DNA of 64,000 nt from Lingula anatina (taxonomy: Eukaryota; Animalia; Brachiopoda): positions 59,374,788 to 59,438,787 of the forward strand of contig CM120640.1 in NCBI GenBank assembly GCA_051362555.1, given 5' to 3'. How positions within the stretch are numbered: the stretch's first letter is position 1; each line of letters opens with the position of its first letter. The translations under genes were made by a program, and so were the position numbers. Below are positions 11,985-24,394 of this stretch, one piece after another. Below the pieces are notes generated by a model. That model made no database searches. It worked only from the letters and a program-made list of their open reading frames with translations, and was not told the DNA's origin.

Positions 11985-12229
11985 CAACACGCCAAGTGCT
12001 CATGAGAGCGTCGTATCTAAAAACCCTTTACAATGTCTTGCGTCCTTTGTGTCGACCATAAAGCTGGCATGGCTGGGCCGTATAGAAAGGATCGGCACAT
12101 GCATGGCTTTGGTTGCAGAAAGAATGCTCAATGATCGGCCATATGTCGGCACGTAAAGTTTTTTTTTTACTCTCAAACGGGACCGTACTACGGGACGCAG
12201 AAAGGATGCCGTCCAGTGTAAAGGGGGCT
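11985..12229 (-). mobile_element. PIF/Harbinger-like element end
   Basis: Ends gggacgcagaaaggatgccgtccagtgtaaagggggct|TAA, the inverse of the end at 4833. GC-richer than its flanks; left boundary approximate. Confidence 0.55.
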
Positions 12230-15200
12230 TAAATGAATGGTGTGAGCCAATTTTATTCGCCATGTCTCGAAACTGAAACAAAAAGTGTACCCTCAGTATA
12301 ATTATACTATCGGAGTTTGATAAAATTTTGCATATGGTTGTTATGATGTATTTATTGACCAAAAGCTGAGATAATATTATTTTGGTATTTATTATTACAT
12401 GATCTAGCACCTACCCTATCGATAATAACTCTACTAAAATGTAGATACGAGTGACTCTATCGCATGCTTTCGAGTAAAAATAAACTTACCATAAATTAAA
12501 CAAAAATTAAAGAATATAAAATATCAGCTTTTACTGATAAATGACAAAGCGGTCGAGACAGTGAATTTAATATAAGCAGTGGCATGGAGGAAGCACATTT
12601 CACATGCACATACTAGAGAAAGCAAGTCAGCAGCTGCATCACAGTAGATTATCAAAATGAGCTGGTGTGCCTATAAATGAACTCCTTTTTATTCACACAG
12701 CAACTTCAATAATGAATCAACAGTATCCTAGCCTGGTATCCCAGTTTGATAAAAAAAGTGTAAAAATTCAATTAGGCAAAAAATAACATTCAAAAGGTAC
12801 CCAGAACTGATTTACAATGAAGCAATACAACCCTCTGACACCATGATGCTTTACTGATAAATCCTCAAAGAGACTGTACTTTTATATAATCATTGACTTT
12901 GGCTGAGGTCATCTCTTGAGGTGACAGAAACAAAAAACCTTTAACTGATATATTATATGATCACGAAGGTTTAATATAATAGAAACGCATCTAGGTAACA
13001 CAGTGGCCATGGAGTTCCAAGATGGTTAGAAGGGGGATCAGCTCTCTTAAATAATTGACCGCTGACTGTCCAATCAGAAAGCGTAAAAACTCGTGATCAT
13101 GTAACAAGAGGATAAATATGAAACAACATAAGAGTTTTAAAAGAATGTGAATTCAATTCGCACATGTCATTTCTGGGTACGATTTCTAAAAATAACCCTA
13201 AATATGAATGATTTTTTATGAAAAACAATGTCATGGTGAGTGTTCTGTCTTCGTGCTTCGTGATATGGGAACCTTCCCTATAGTTGTAACCTTGTCATCA
13301 TTGGAAATCAAACGCAGCTGTGATTGATGACAGTTTCCGCACAGTAATAAAACCAAGCGCCTATCGCAGCTAATTAAAACTAGTAATTGACTTACTTTGC
13401 CATTTAACAATGTCCCCTGGGGTTAATTACACACACACACATACAGACACACACACAATATATTGGAGACACGTATTGGTCTTGTTTAATAATGGCAGCG
13501 GTAGGTCATACCTTGCTCTAACATTGAATATATGGATCGGATAATGTAATGAGCATTATGGGCCACTTGGTTTTTACGACATTAAGTGTGAATATCCTGG
13601 TGCAGTACATGTATCCTTCACCTACTGTAAATGTACCCAAAGTCCGTGGGTTTCATGACAGAGGCTGGCCTTCTTTGCCTTTTTGGAAGTAACTGTTTAT
13701 GATATAAAGATACCTGCAAACACCGTTTGAAAGACATGCATTATAAATATTTGCAAAGATGATTGTGTCTGCTCTTGCTATAACTTATAATCTTAATTTC
13801 ATTTTTTGATAAATGTACAAAGTTCGATGACTTGTAGGCCCATGAAGCTGGGTAATTTGCATTTTTTCACATGTCACGTTTAAACAAATACTACCTGCGT
13901 GCCATAGCACTTTTGTTTCGTTTCTTCATCTTCGTCCTGTAATTTTTTTCTCATTTATGTGTGCAAAGATATGTGCAGATACTGTTACAAAGAAAGACAA
14001 CGAAAACAAGCCATATTTCATTTTTCGTTTTCAATTTTCCATCTAAACGCTATATCAGCATTTCTTTAAAAGTCCATTGCCCTCTAACAAGTGATGGATG
14101 ATGACGCTTACATGTTAATCCACATGTTGCATGGACTTCAAATTCAGTTACAACAAGCAAACGTTGGATAAGGTTAGGTAAAGTTAACGATGCAGGGCAA
14201 TAGAAGATGAGGTACAAAATAGGAAGTAAATGAGTGTTAATAGTTGCAGTATTCATGCATTGTGGATAAGAAAGATGTTGTTATGCACAGCGTTCTCCCA
14301 CGCCAATCGCCCCACTTGCTGGGGTCAATGACGACGCAAGCGTGCCTTAACCGCAGCGTTGGCGTTATCACGATTCTAATGATTATAGCTTTAAAATATG
14401 AAAAACTTTAGGTTGAAAACAAAAACCCGGTACTAAGGTTATTTTCAAACATTTTTTACTGATTTACAAATGACATGAAGTGTCATTTGCGATCTCTCCA
14501 TTTAAAAAGAACAAATACTAAAGGTACATGATTCAATGTGTCGCAATTATTAACAAATCTAAGAAATCAGCGCTGACGACACTGGAGTACAGTTACTATG
14601 AAATCGAGCTCAAACATATATCAATTCCCACAATTAATGATCCAAGTTAACCAGAAAACCTTGTCAACCCCGTGTTGTTACTAGTTAAGACCTAACCTAA
14701 CCTAAGAAGCACGGGAGTCGACTACGACCACTGGGCGTTTATTTTGGATATATTCACTTACGGACATTCAACCTTCACTAACATTAGGCAAGGAAAAAGT
14801 GCCTATGACAAGGTGTCGGATTCGCCCTGGTCTGTATAGAAAATCTGCCTGACACTCGTATATTCACTTATAGCATTTTTGGAAAGTGAAAATGTCAATA
14901 CTGCAATGACTGCAGTATATACATAACCAATGTGTTACGTTCTGGGACTTGACGAACAACTTAACCTGGGTCCAATACATTTACGAATAAATTGATATAA
15001 GAAACATGAGAAACACCTTCTAATTACGACCATTTTGTTCGAGTAAGTCGATTTTTAATACGGCCGTGGAACTATTTCGAAAATATTACCAGCCATCAAT
15101 TTGATTTTCTGCAGCTAATCAGAAAGGGTTTCTCAGGTCTGTGTAATTGTCGCTTTGATATTTTCTCGTAACATTTTTTTTGCAGATATTCAAAATGGGG

Positions 15201-15489
15201 ACTAATCATTGCTAAGTGTTAGTAAGTAGAAAGGAAAGATATGCCCATTTTCCTCTTTTCTTACAAAACAGTGTAGGTAATGATGTGATTTCCCTTTCAA
15301 ACCTCCAGCATTCAATGGCAACGCATTGTTTACTCACCTCGGTTATACTTTGGAAGGAAATTGACTTCTACCTTCTCCTGATTTGATTACATTTCAGACA
15401 TATTTATAGAACTACTAGTACCAGTAAAAAGTAAACACCACAGTTGAAATTCGAAGCAATCGTACAAGGCCAGCCGATAACCTGTTATA

Positions 15490-15751
15490 CAGGGGCGGAT
15501 CCAGGATTACAAAGTAGGGTCCGGAACGACCATCGTCCCCTTGGTTCGGGGTTCGAGGCCTGCTCAAGAACCTCGAACATTTTTGGTGTTTTTGGAGAGC
15601 AAACAGTGCCCTTTGATACGGTTTAGAACTAGGATTTAGCTAGCCAAGATTCTAATTTCAAGAGGGGTATATTGGTGTGATATATTTTTCAGAAACCGAA
15701 GGGGGGGGGGGGTGTCAGGACCACCCTGACCCCCCTCTAAATCCGCCCCTA
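15490..15751. mobile_element. 262-bp MITE with 6-bp TSD
   Basis: GTTATA(15484-15489)|cAGGGGCGGAT ... ATCCGCCCCTa|GTTATA(15752-15757); internal poly-G tract. Confidence 0.8.
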
Positions 15752-16944
15752 GTTATAGGGTAGACGCACTTCTAAAAAACTGACAAAGCTAGAGTGCCGC
15801 AGTCGCTCCAAATTAAGTTTAGTAAAGCTGAGGATTCAGTCTCAATTTTCTATGGTACCAGATATACTCAGGTAATTTAGTTGAACAACACCATTCAGTT
15901 AGATAATTAAAATTTAAAGTAGAAACATTGATACTGACGGGAGGACATGATAAATGGTTTATTGTTCATATGTAAGTTACATGTTTCACAGTTGTGTGCA
16001 ATATATCATTTATTTTATAATACTGTATCAATTACTCTTGAATTCCTGAACATGCATGTATCAATCTTGCCCATTGATTACATTTCTAGTTACTTGAAAA
16101 TATGCATGTACACCTTTGTTATTGAAGATTTCTAGCAATTTTTGGTACGCTAACCATTTGAACCATTTTTAAAAAGGGACAAACTGGATTGCAAGTGTTG
16201 GACCACTTATTTCACATCTTTACTTAAAGTGCATCATTCCTTTTCTCGTCTAGGAAGAACTAAACGATGATATATAACACTTCTCCGCTAACATGTAATG
16301 GCATTTATCGTCGAGTTAAATTGACTGTTTGGAAGTAAGTACAGAATTGAGTACTTAAGATATTTGATTAGTTTCTCGGGACAGCACCTTTGGGCACAAG
16401 ACGTGCAGATGCCATATCATTTGACGTTTATGATCGTATCACAATAATGTGATATATTCCACATTTGAATTTACGGCTCCAGTGGACAATAGATTTAATT
16501 TACCGATCTGTTACAACAGAGAGCAAAAAACTGCGTATCAGATGCAGTTTAATGTTGTCAAGCAGTGGTCAATACACAACCCAATTCTACACAAGTAATA
16601 TGAATTTAATCTTTAGTGGCCACAGTGATTTCTAGTGTAGTTTTATTAAGCATGATCGGAAACCATACCTTGACACATTACCATGCCTGTTAATGTAGTT
16701 GAATGGCTCTGTTATTAACTAAGTATTGATCAAAATGGGCTTTTAACAACAATTTATATAATGGAAATAACACCCAAAGTGCATTTTTATAATGCTGTTT
16801 TTTTCGAAACACTTATATGTGTGTGTGTGGCATAACCAATGACAAAATGCGATTCCACATATTAGACAAAATGAAAGAAAAACAGAACGACTTTCGAGGT
16901 ATGTGTTAGATATGTGATGGCTTGTCTAATTCTACCAATCTTCT

Positions 16945-18138
16945 TCACAAAGGACAATGCTCAGGGTGCAAGGTGCACACTGTATTGTTGTGGTGTATTT
17001 TTAAGCCGTCTTCAGGTGTTCGGGCGTCAGCTGATGTCCGACCTGATGAGTCCCGAGACGGCTGAATAAAATGAGCAAGGTGTGCCTCGTCCTCTGGAAC
17101 TCTAAATCGAGAACAAGAATCGCAGTTTAGAAGATGCGTGATAGCCTTTCGGAATCCCCTATTAAAAAAGAAATACAGGAACGGGTTCAGCGTTGAGTTT
17201 ACATAGCCAAGCCATATTGCTGTTGTCCACAACTTGTATGGAATTGAGTAGTGAATAAAAGGATCTATCACATTTAGAACGAAGAAAGGCCCCCAACACA
17301 CTCCAAATCCGCCCATAACGACAGCTAAAGTTTTAGCGGCTTTTGCTTCTTTGCATTTGAATTTTTTCGCGGGTCCTGGAATTGACAGTTGAATGGTCCG
17401 TATCTGTCGCACTTGACGTCTCGCTACCGAATATATTTTGACATTTACAACAATCATGAAACATACCGGAATGTAGAATGCTAGAATAGAACCGACCACC
17501 GAATAAGGAATATTGACCAGGAACATGCAAATTGGTGTTCCCGGTGGGGTTTTGGCTTTTATCGCATCTTCAATTCCGATCGTGTTCCATCGGTTCATAA
17601 TAGGTATGAATGATATGATTATTGGCAAGGTCCAACACATGACCAAAAGGATTATTACTTTACGTCTGGTCATCCTTCCGTGGTAATAGAAAGGACAGCA
17701 TATTGCAAAGTATCTGTCAGCTGCGAGACAGCTCAAATGTAAGATGGAGGATGTCGTGAACATGACGTCAAAGCTGGAGGCCACACGACACATCGCGTCT
17801 CCGAGTTCCCAGACTTCATTCATGACTTGATGATACATTCCAAAAGGCATCACCAACACTGCTACTAAAATGTCTGCTACAGCAAGTGACACTACAAAGC
17901 AATTTGTGTAAGTTCGGAGGCTCTTGAAAAACACAACAGCCATTGATATTACGACATTACCAAGGATCGTCAATACGATCACTAAAACAAGAAATATCCC
18001 AAGTAATGTCCTCTCGGCTACGGAATAATGGATCGGAGATCCCGCCAATTCATCATCGTAACACCCATTATTAAATCCAAACGCAACATTTGCATTGGTT
18101 AAGAGCTTCATTTGCGTGAAGCCGTCTTCTTCCATCAT
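16945..18138 (-). CDS. HTR4: Serotonin receptor, 5-HT4-like (Gs-coupled aminergic GPCR), single coding exon, 397 aa
   Basis: 7TM motifs GN, LAVAD, D3.32 (FDVM), DRY, CWxP, NPFLY. 5-HT4-type strings ISFIPIM..WN.IGI.D.I, C.FLVN.PY, AFYIP, EAKAAKTL, NVIDPFI.Y. TM5 has only S5.43 with A5.46. In-frame stop at 18154-18156 fixes the start. Confidence 0.88.
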   Translation of the reverse strand: MMEEDGFTQMKLLTNANVAFGFNNGCYDDELAGSPIHYSVAERTLLGIFLVLVIVLTILGNVVISMAVVFFKSLRTYTNCFVVSLAVADILVAVLVMPFGMYHQVMNEVWELGDAMCRVASSFDVMFTTSSILHLSCLAADRYFAICCPFYYHGRMTRRKVIILLVMCWTLPIIISFIPIMNRWNTIGIEDAIKAKTPPGTPICMFLVNIPYSVVGSILAFYIPVCFMIVVNVKIYSVARRQVRQIRTIQLSIPGPAKKFKCKEAKAAKTLAVVMGGFGVCWGPFFVLNVIDPFIHYSIPYKLWTTAIWLGYVNSTLNPFLYFFFNRGFRKAITHLLNCDSCSRFRVPEDEAHLAHFIQPSRDSSGRTSADARTPEDGLKIHHNNTVCTLHPEHCPL

Positions 18139-21044
18139 TAATGTTTCTAGTTTTTAACTTCCGTAGAATATTTTCAATATCCTCTGCTGTAAAACATTAA
18201 AGCACAACAACTTACCATGTATCGCATAGTAGCATATCGCATATGTAGCTCGCATAGTAAGATACCAGCACCCGGCCTGAGATACTGATAGTTCCTTTTA
18301 TAAAATACTTTTCTTTTAGATCCATTTTTTCGTATCTGAATTATAAGTTACGTGACACAACGTTTGTCGAGGTTGAAATGAAGCTCGAACCGATAGAAAA
18401 GCGAAAAGACAATCTCCACTCAATTTTAGTAGATGGCCCATTCTTTACTCATCTTTAAGAACTATTAACGACGGTAACCTAAAAATACTTCCACAGAAAC
18501 GTCATTTGGGGGTTGTCTGGTGCTGTTTTTGCGATTGTCTACATCTTTGTTCCCCAGACGACAAATGGTGTTTGGCAGTGGCTATATATATGTAATCCCA
18601 TTCCATTAGTTGCTGCTAAAACTCCAGAGGTTCTCACCCAGGAGCCTCGATAGTGGTTGTATCAGAATGGCTCTCATCCCAAAATAAAGGCACACAGTTT
18701 GGGCATCGATTTTCCTTGTGCTATTGACTTTTAAATAACCCAAAGAACAAAGCATCCAGTCTGGCAGGGAAGAGTGGATAAAATCTCATATATATATATA
18801 ACTCCTCCACGTGATGCCCTGTGCATTCGCAGTCTCTATCTCATTAACGTTTTCAACAATATATTGTAATTTTTATCCTCAGCAGATCACTAAGGTAGTA
18901 GGGCTATCTAGTTGATCCAGCCCTTCATTTTTGGAAGTTATCTTCTTGATAGGTTCCTTTCCTTTAATCACATGGGGCAACTGTTGTGTTGTCAATCCTA
19001 TATGGATTCCAAGTAATATCTGAAACAGAAGTAAAATCAGATAAAGTGTCTTGGGAATAAGCGACAAGCTATAAGGATCGAGATAATGAATTAATAGCGA
19101 GACTGAAATGCCAAATAATTAAATTCAATGCTTGCGTGCATAAAATTCATGGGGAAGACTGTATTCACCCTAAGATAGCCTATGTGCCATTTGCCTCTCC
19201 GGTAAGTCCAACTTGTAAAAAGCACTCGTGTATATTGATTACCTCGGCTGAGACTTCACCAAACAATGTGAAATCTTAAGAATTAACTCAGTTGAAGTCC
19301 CCAGTGCTGCTTTAATATGCAAATTGACATGAAGTGCGGAGACGTGGTTTATTACTCTGAGTGCTCATTTTCATCAACATGCAGTCCTATATTCCCTAAA
19401 TACTCGGAAGCGTCAATGCTTTGTGGTCAGACAGGGCCGTTCAGAGAAAAGCACTGCTATGTTCTGGTTCGAGTGGGTGGCGCATGTTGCCAAACGGAAT
19501 CACCATGACTCATTAACAATTAACATTAACAGTGCCCACGCATCAGGTATTAATGTACGCCAAAAATATACCTGAAACACTTCGGAATTTGGACAGATGT
19601 TGATTTCTTAATTGCATCATCAACTGTTTTTTTCTGTGGAATTACCTCTCTCTCTCTCTCTTCATGTCCCAGTAAAGGGTACATATAAACGTAATTCAAA
19701 ACAGAAGATAACATTTAGTATTGTATTTTATATTTTACCCAATATATTTACCAACTAAATGCATCATTAAGGGACTAACTGGTATGATTAAAACGTCCCA
19801 CCATTCGACAAATTAAATGCACGCACAAATTTATTGTAGAACATAGATTAAACCTTGATTAATTGCTTTGTTTCAACGACTGATTAATTCTCAGAGAAAA
19901 TAACGGCTATATCATACACCAAACTATTTGCTGGAAGTGTTCATAGGCCTTCATGTTTTTGGTACAACGTAAACCAATGACAGAATATGACCTTATATCA
20001 GCTGTGCTTGAAATTGATGCGAGCATATTTCGTGGTGGTGTTACTCAGCGGGAAGGCATATTATCAAAATCATAAAAGCGTTGCTTATATTTTTACAGAT
20101 TTTACAAGAAGCAACATATTTTCAACCTGTAGATCTGCTGTTTTGTACAATGCATGCAATACGCATTCATATCTGATTGTGTGCTGGGAACCGCATTTAC
20201 ATTTTTTTCTAATAATCTGGAATCCCTAAGAACAGTTTCTGAGTTCTATTTTTATCCGCATGGCTTATCGATATCAATAATCTTGTTTCAAACCCTTAAG
20301 AAAATTGAATCAATACCCATTTCACCTTAATATAAAATAACAGATACAGTTTCTTGCCTACTTTTAAGTACACTGTCGCTCAAAATGGCTGTCACACCTA
20401 ATTAATAGATAAAAAATGTTTAATCACTAGACATGCAAAAGACACATAACACAGTTGTATTCTACACTTCCTGTGGATTAAATGGGGTTTTTAACATTGC
20501 CCCTGAAAATAAGTTCTTTTGAATACAGATTCCTTTAAAAAAAAACAAACAGGCTTATGATTCTCCGTGGAAAAATTACAACCAGTTCAAAACTTTTCTT
20601 ACATTTCTTTAAGACTAGTATACAGTCATTCACATTATTAGGTTGTGACCCCATGTGCACTATTAAGGTCCGATAAGTGAAGGGGCATGCTATTTACTAG
20701 TGCCTCCAATCTTTGGTTGGTTCCACCCTTGGATCAAATCTCAACAGTCACAAATTTGCTGGGTATGTGTGGTTAAAGACGTGGACCCCATCACACGGGT
20801 AGAGACCACATGGTTCCAGTGCACGACTGTTAGGTTTCTGTTCTGCGTAGCCCCGCGTTTCCTGTTGACGCAAGGGTTACGTGTTAAATTATTAACCATC
20901 CTTCTTGCGCTAAAGTCATGTTGGACGAGTTCACAGTTAGGCGAGATAGACGAGGCAAATGATGAATCCGTGATTCTCTAACAATGGCAAAGGCAGATTT
21001 AGTGGGGGTTCTTCTGCCGATATTAAAGGGATAACAACTGTTCA

Positions 21045-21192
21045 TTTTGGCCAAAAAGAATTTTCCTGGGGTAAACAGCAATTTTCCCATACTTACCAAT
21101 GGTTAATGAATGCATTTCTACATTCAAAGTTAGTCCCTGTGTTTTTTCTCAAAAGTTAGTTTTTTGTAATAATCTCTTAAGAGATTATTACA
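21045..21192 (+). repeat. Dispersed repeat copy A, ending in a perfect 28-bp palindrome
   Basis: ttttggccaaaaa..gcaattttccc.tacttaccaatggt..cattcaaagtta is shared with 24245-24394; palindrome tgtaataatctcTTAAgagattattaca at 21165-21192. Confidence 0.85.
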
Positions 21193-22300
21193 GAGTATAG
21201 CCATCTATGGAGGTCACGTGGTCGAATGGCAAGCACAGATTTCAGATCTATTGCTATAACTGTGGTAAAAGAGAATTGCTATGAGTTGTTTACAGTGTAT
21301 TTATTGTGAAATGTATATATATGTATATATATCATACGAAGAGTTTTTATCCCTTTAATGTAGATACGTTCAGCACGGGCGGCATCAATGGGATGGGGTC
21401 GATCTGTGGATTCGTCAGAAGCTACACTGTCGGTCGCAGCTCTCCTCTGGATTAATTTACTGTAATAACAGTTCGCCTTAAAACGCCGCGCCCTCTGGCA
21501 ATGTCGGGTTTCCTGAGGCCCATTTTTTTGAATGCATGTATCTGGCCTCTTAGACTAAAGTCAGCTATAGTTTTGTGGCGGTCAGATCTCATCTACCCAA
21601 ACAACCCAATTTATATCAAGGCAAAAACATCCCCTTCTTAGCCAAGCTACAGTAGCAACATGTATTCGCATATCCCTCACACAATTAACTTTGGAGCTGC
21701 CATCCGTTGACATGCGCTCCTAATTGACCCAGGTAATGTCAAATGGTCATTGATTTCTGTGAGGAAAAAAGATTCCAAAATATAAACATTAACATAGCTT
21801 AAAAATCTAAAACATTATTAAAAACCCAAATTCTAGAGAGTGTGACAACCATTTTGAGCAACAATGTACAAAAAGAATAAAGCATTTTAAAAGATAGAAA
21901 GTGATCATCAATGAATATGGATGAGATTTCTTTTTCCAAAACTACTGTTGACTTCTGACAATATATGTACCGGTTGTGCCCCAGCACACAGCAAAGGGTA
22001 ATATCCTTTCAGTTACTCGATAATTAATTTTGATAATACTTCAGTTAAAACTACAATGATTTGTGTGCAATTAAAGAGGTGGGTTTGAATTTCAAGATCA
22101 TTTTGTACTTCTCAAACTAATAGAAGATATCAAAAATATGAAAAAATATATCTCGATTAGGTCTTATGATTTAATCCGGTTGGATAGGTGGTTACACTAT
22201 ACCTACGTCTTTTAAACACGCAAGTTGAATGGCATATCTTAATTATAATAGCCAGCTGCGCCCATCTTCAACATTTTTAAATAGCCAATTATAAAAGCTT

Positions 22301-22391
22301 GGTATCAGGACAACTCCCCCTTGGACAATTTCCCCCGGACAACCCCCCCCCCCCCCAGGACAATCCCCCCCACGATCACCCCTTCCCCCCC
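22301..22391 (+). repeat. (GGACAA-Cn) sub-repeat array, left arm of an inverted pair
   Basis: ggtatcaGGACAActcccccttGGACAAtttcccccGGACAAccc..aGGACAAtccccccc. Confidence 0.75.
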
Positions 22392-22759
22392 GCAAAATAT
22401 ATACAGACTTGACATTTAATATGGAATATTTCAGTTTCGAAGGTATGTCTAGGTAAAAATGCGTTCTTTTTTCAAAAAACTCCGATCTCATATAAGATTT
22501 GTGAATGGAGAAGTGTGTAGTCAGGTGTGTCGCTACCAATTAACTGACTTTCATGTCTGTTGCGCTGCTATATTATGTAATATGTAGTGATTTAGTTGGG
22601 TAGTGTTCCTTTAGGCTGGTCAAAGCTTGGCTTAGGCAAAGCTTGGTTCTGTCAAAAAAGTACCCATATGTCGGCAACCACTGCATAGAAGAATTTGAAA
22701 TTTTGCATGCAAGCGGTCAGTTTTGCAGTGCGTAAGATGAGTCAAGTAGTGCATTACAA

Positions 22760-23745
22760 ATTTGTTAATCTATGGCAGAATGGCGCGAAAAAGACAGACA
22801 TTACCAGACAGATCATAGCGCCAAACGGAACGGTCCCCACAGTTTTATAGAGTAATGCCCAGACTGATGCACCTACACAGAGGTCACCCCCAATGTATCA
22901 AAATCTTACCTACAGGGTACAGGACCCACTGTCTTTCGGGATACGCTGCTGCAACTAAACAAAAAACACTTAGTCCGTTCAGAACGAGGGGTAAATTGCC
23001 ACCAAAATGCGTTTTTCAAAGCCCTTAGCGAACACCAAACTGGTTTTAGCAGGTAAGAACACCAAACGACCTCCGAGGCACCCACTGTAAACAGCAAAAC
23101 ATCGTCGTCTGTTTCTCTAATGAATTGGGGGCCATGGCCGTCTCTGGGTAGAACACTGAAACTGCGTGGCTTTCTTTATTGAGGTCAGATTTCACCTGTA
23201 CCGCCCAATTAGTCAAAACAGAGTTTACAGTTATCCAGAAGAGACCTACGACGAAGCAATACCGGGTCTAAAGTGACAAGGGTGATTGACAGCGTCAGTA
23301 TTTGGAGTGGATACCACATTGGTGCCAAAACACCAATGGTAGTCATCGACGAAAACCTGAACCAGATCAAATTAAGGAATAATCTCGGAACCACTTGACT
23401 ATCATTTGATAGGGGGCACCTTAGGAACGATTTTAGGTTGCACGGTGAGGTTGCCGGTTCACACAGAGCACTTTTAATAGCAGATAACTTACAGAACCAA
23501 GGGAATGAGCAGCTACCCTGGTCATCAAAATCGCCACATTTGAACCACATAGGCAATATTTCGGTAGGCCATTACTCGCCGAATCAACTGCCTACATGTT
23601 CTACAACAAAACTGGACCAAATTGGACAATTTTAGACCGATGCCTAGAATATTATTCCCGATTGAACTCTAAAAACCTACCCCAAGGAATGCCTTGCCGC
23701 TTGAGAGAGCTGGCAACAGCCAGGCGTAACAGCGGCCATTCTTGT
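22760..23745 (+). mobile_element. Decayed Tc1/mariner transposase
   Basis: Ordered relics: AFFIEVRFHL (VLFSDESRF-like, ~23168-23197), VSIWSG (VMVWG), TPMVVIDENLN, EVAGSHRA (DNAxxH), LPWSSKSPHLNHIGNI (WPxxSPDLNPIENxW; ORF 23438..23635), terminal SGHS. Catalytic residues degenerate. Confidence 0.8.
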
Positions 23746-24244
23746 GACTAGCAATTGACATGAGGGTCTTTTATGGAGCGTATAACTCTTTTACAGAAGA
23801 TAATTTGGAAAATATGGAGATCCAAAATATCTCTTTTAATGGAAGTCGTATGGCATAGAATAGGCAATGTGTTTTTGTTTGCTTCTCTGGCGAATTCCAT
23901 TAATGAATTGATGTCCCAATGACATCAAAGTGATAATTTAAAGTTATTAAAACACGATTTTAATCCTTATTTTCATTTATCAGTCAGCAAAATAGGAAAA
24001 AACCGATAAAAAATTACTTGGAAAAAAATATTCCATATTAAATGTCAAGTACGTATATATGAATATTTTTATTGTGATAATGCAACTCCAGGGTAGCTAG
24101 AGTATTAATATCATCAAACAAATTATTTTATCCTAATTTCATTTTCATGGAGCACAAGCATAGAAAGTTTTAGAAATAGAAGTACAGAAAAATTTGTTAA
24201 AAATCTGATAAAATAATTTATTTAAAGTCATAATAACTCTTCGT

Positions 24245-24394
24245 TTTGGCCAAAAATTGGATTTTCCTGGAAAAAACGGCAATTTTCCCGTACTTACCAA
24301 TGGTCAACGACCCCATTCCTGCATTCAAAGTTAATCAAGGGTTTTTTTCCTAAACGTACGGTTTTTTCGTTAAAATCACTTAAGAGATTTTAAC
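24245..24394 (+). repeat. Dispersed repeat copy B, ending in a 26-bp near-palindrome
   Basis: Direct repeat of 21045-21192; gttaaaatcacTTAAgagattttaac at 24369-24394 has one mismatched pair. Confidence 0.85.

Noticed and set aside
16642-16647. Minus-strand AATAAA as HTR4-like poly(A) signal (likewise 61297-61302 for the D1-like gene)
   Set aside because: Position is plausible, but the hexamer is common in AT-rich DNA and needs transcript data.
17333-17530. Alternative-frame ORF inside the HTR4-like CDS
   Set aside because: Short shadow frame with no independent support.
20369-20400. Tc1-like terminus TA|CACTG (also TA|CAGTGGCAAAAAGT at ~44578)
   Set aside because: No matching inverted partner found, so element boundaries cannot be supported.
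21045-24394. LTR retrotransposon reading of the direct repeats
   Set aside because: No TG..CA termini, PBS/PPT or gag/pol relic seen; the interior holds a Tc1 relic instead.
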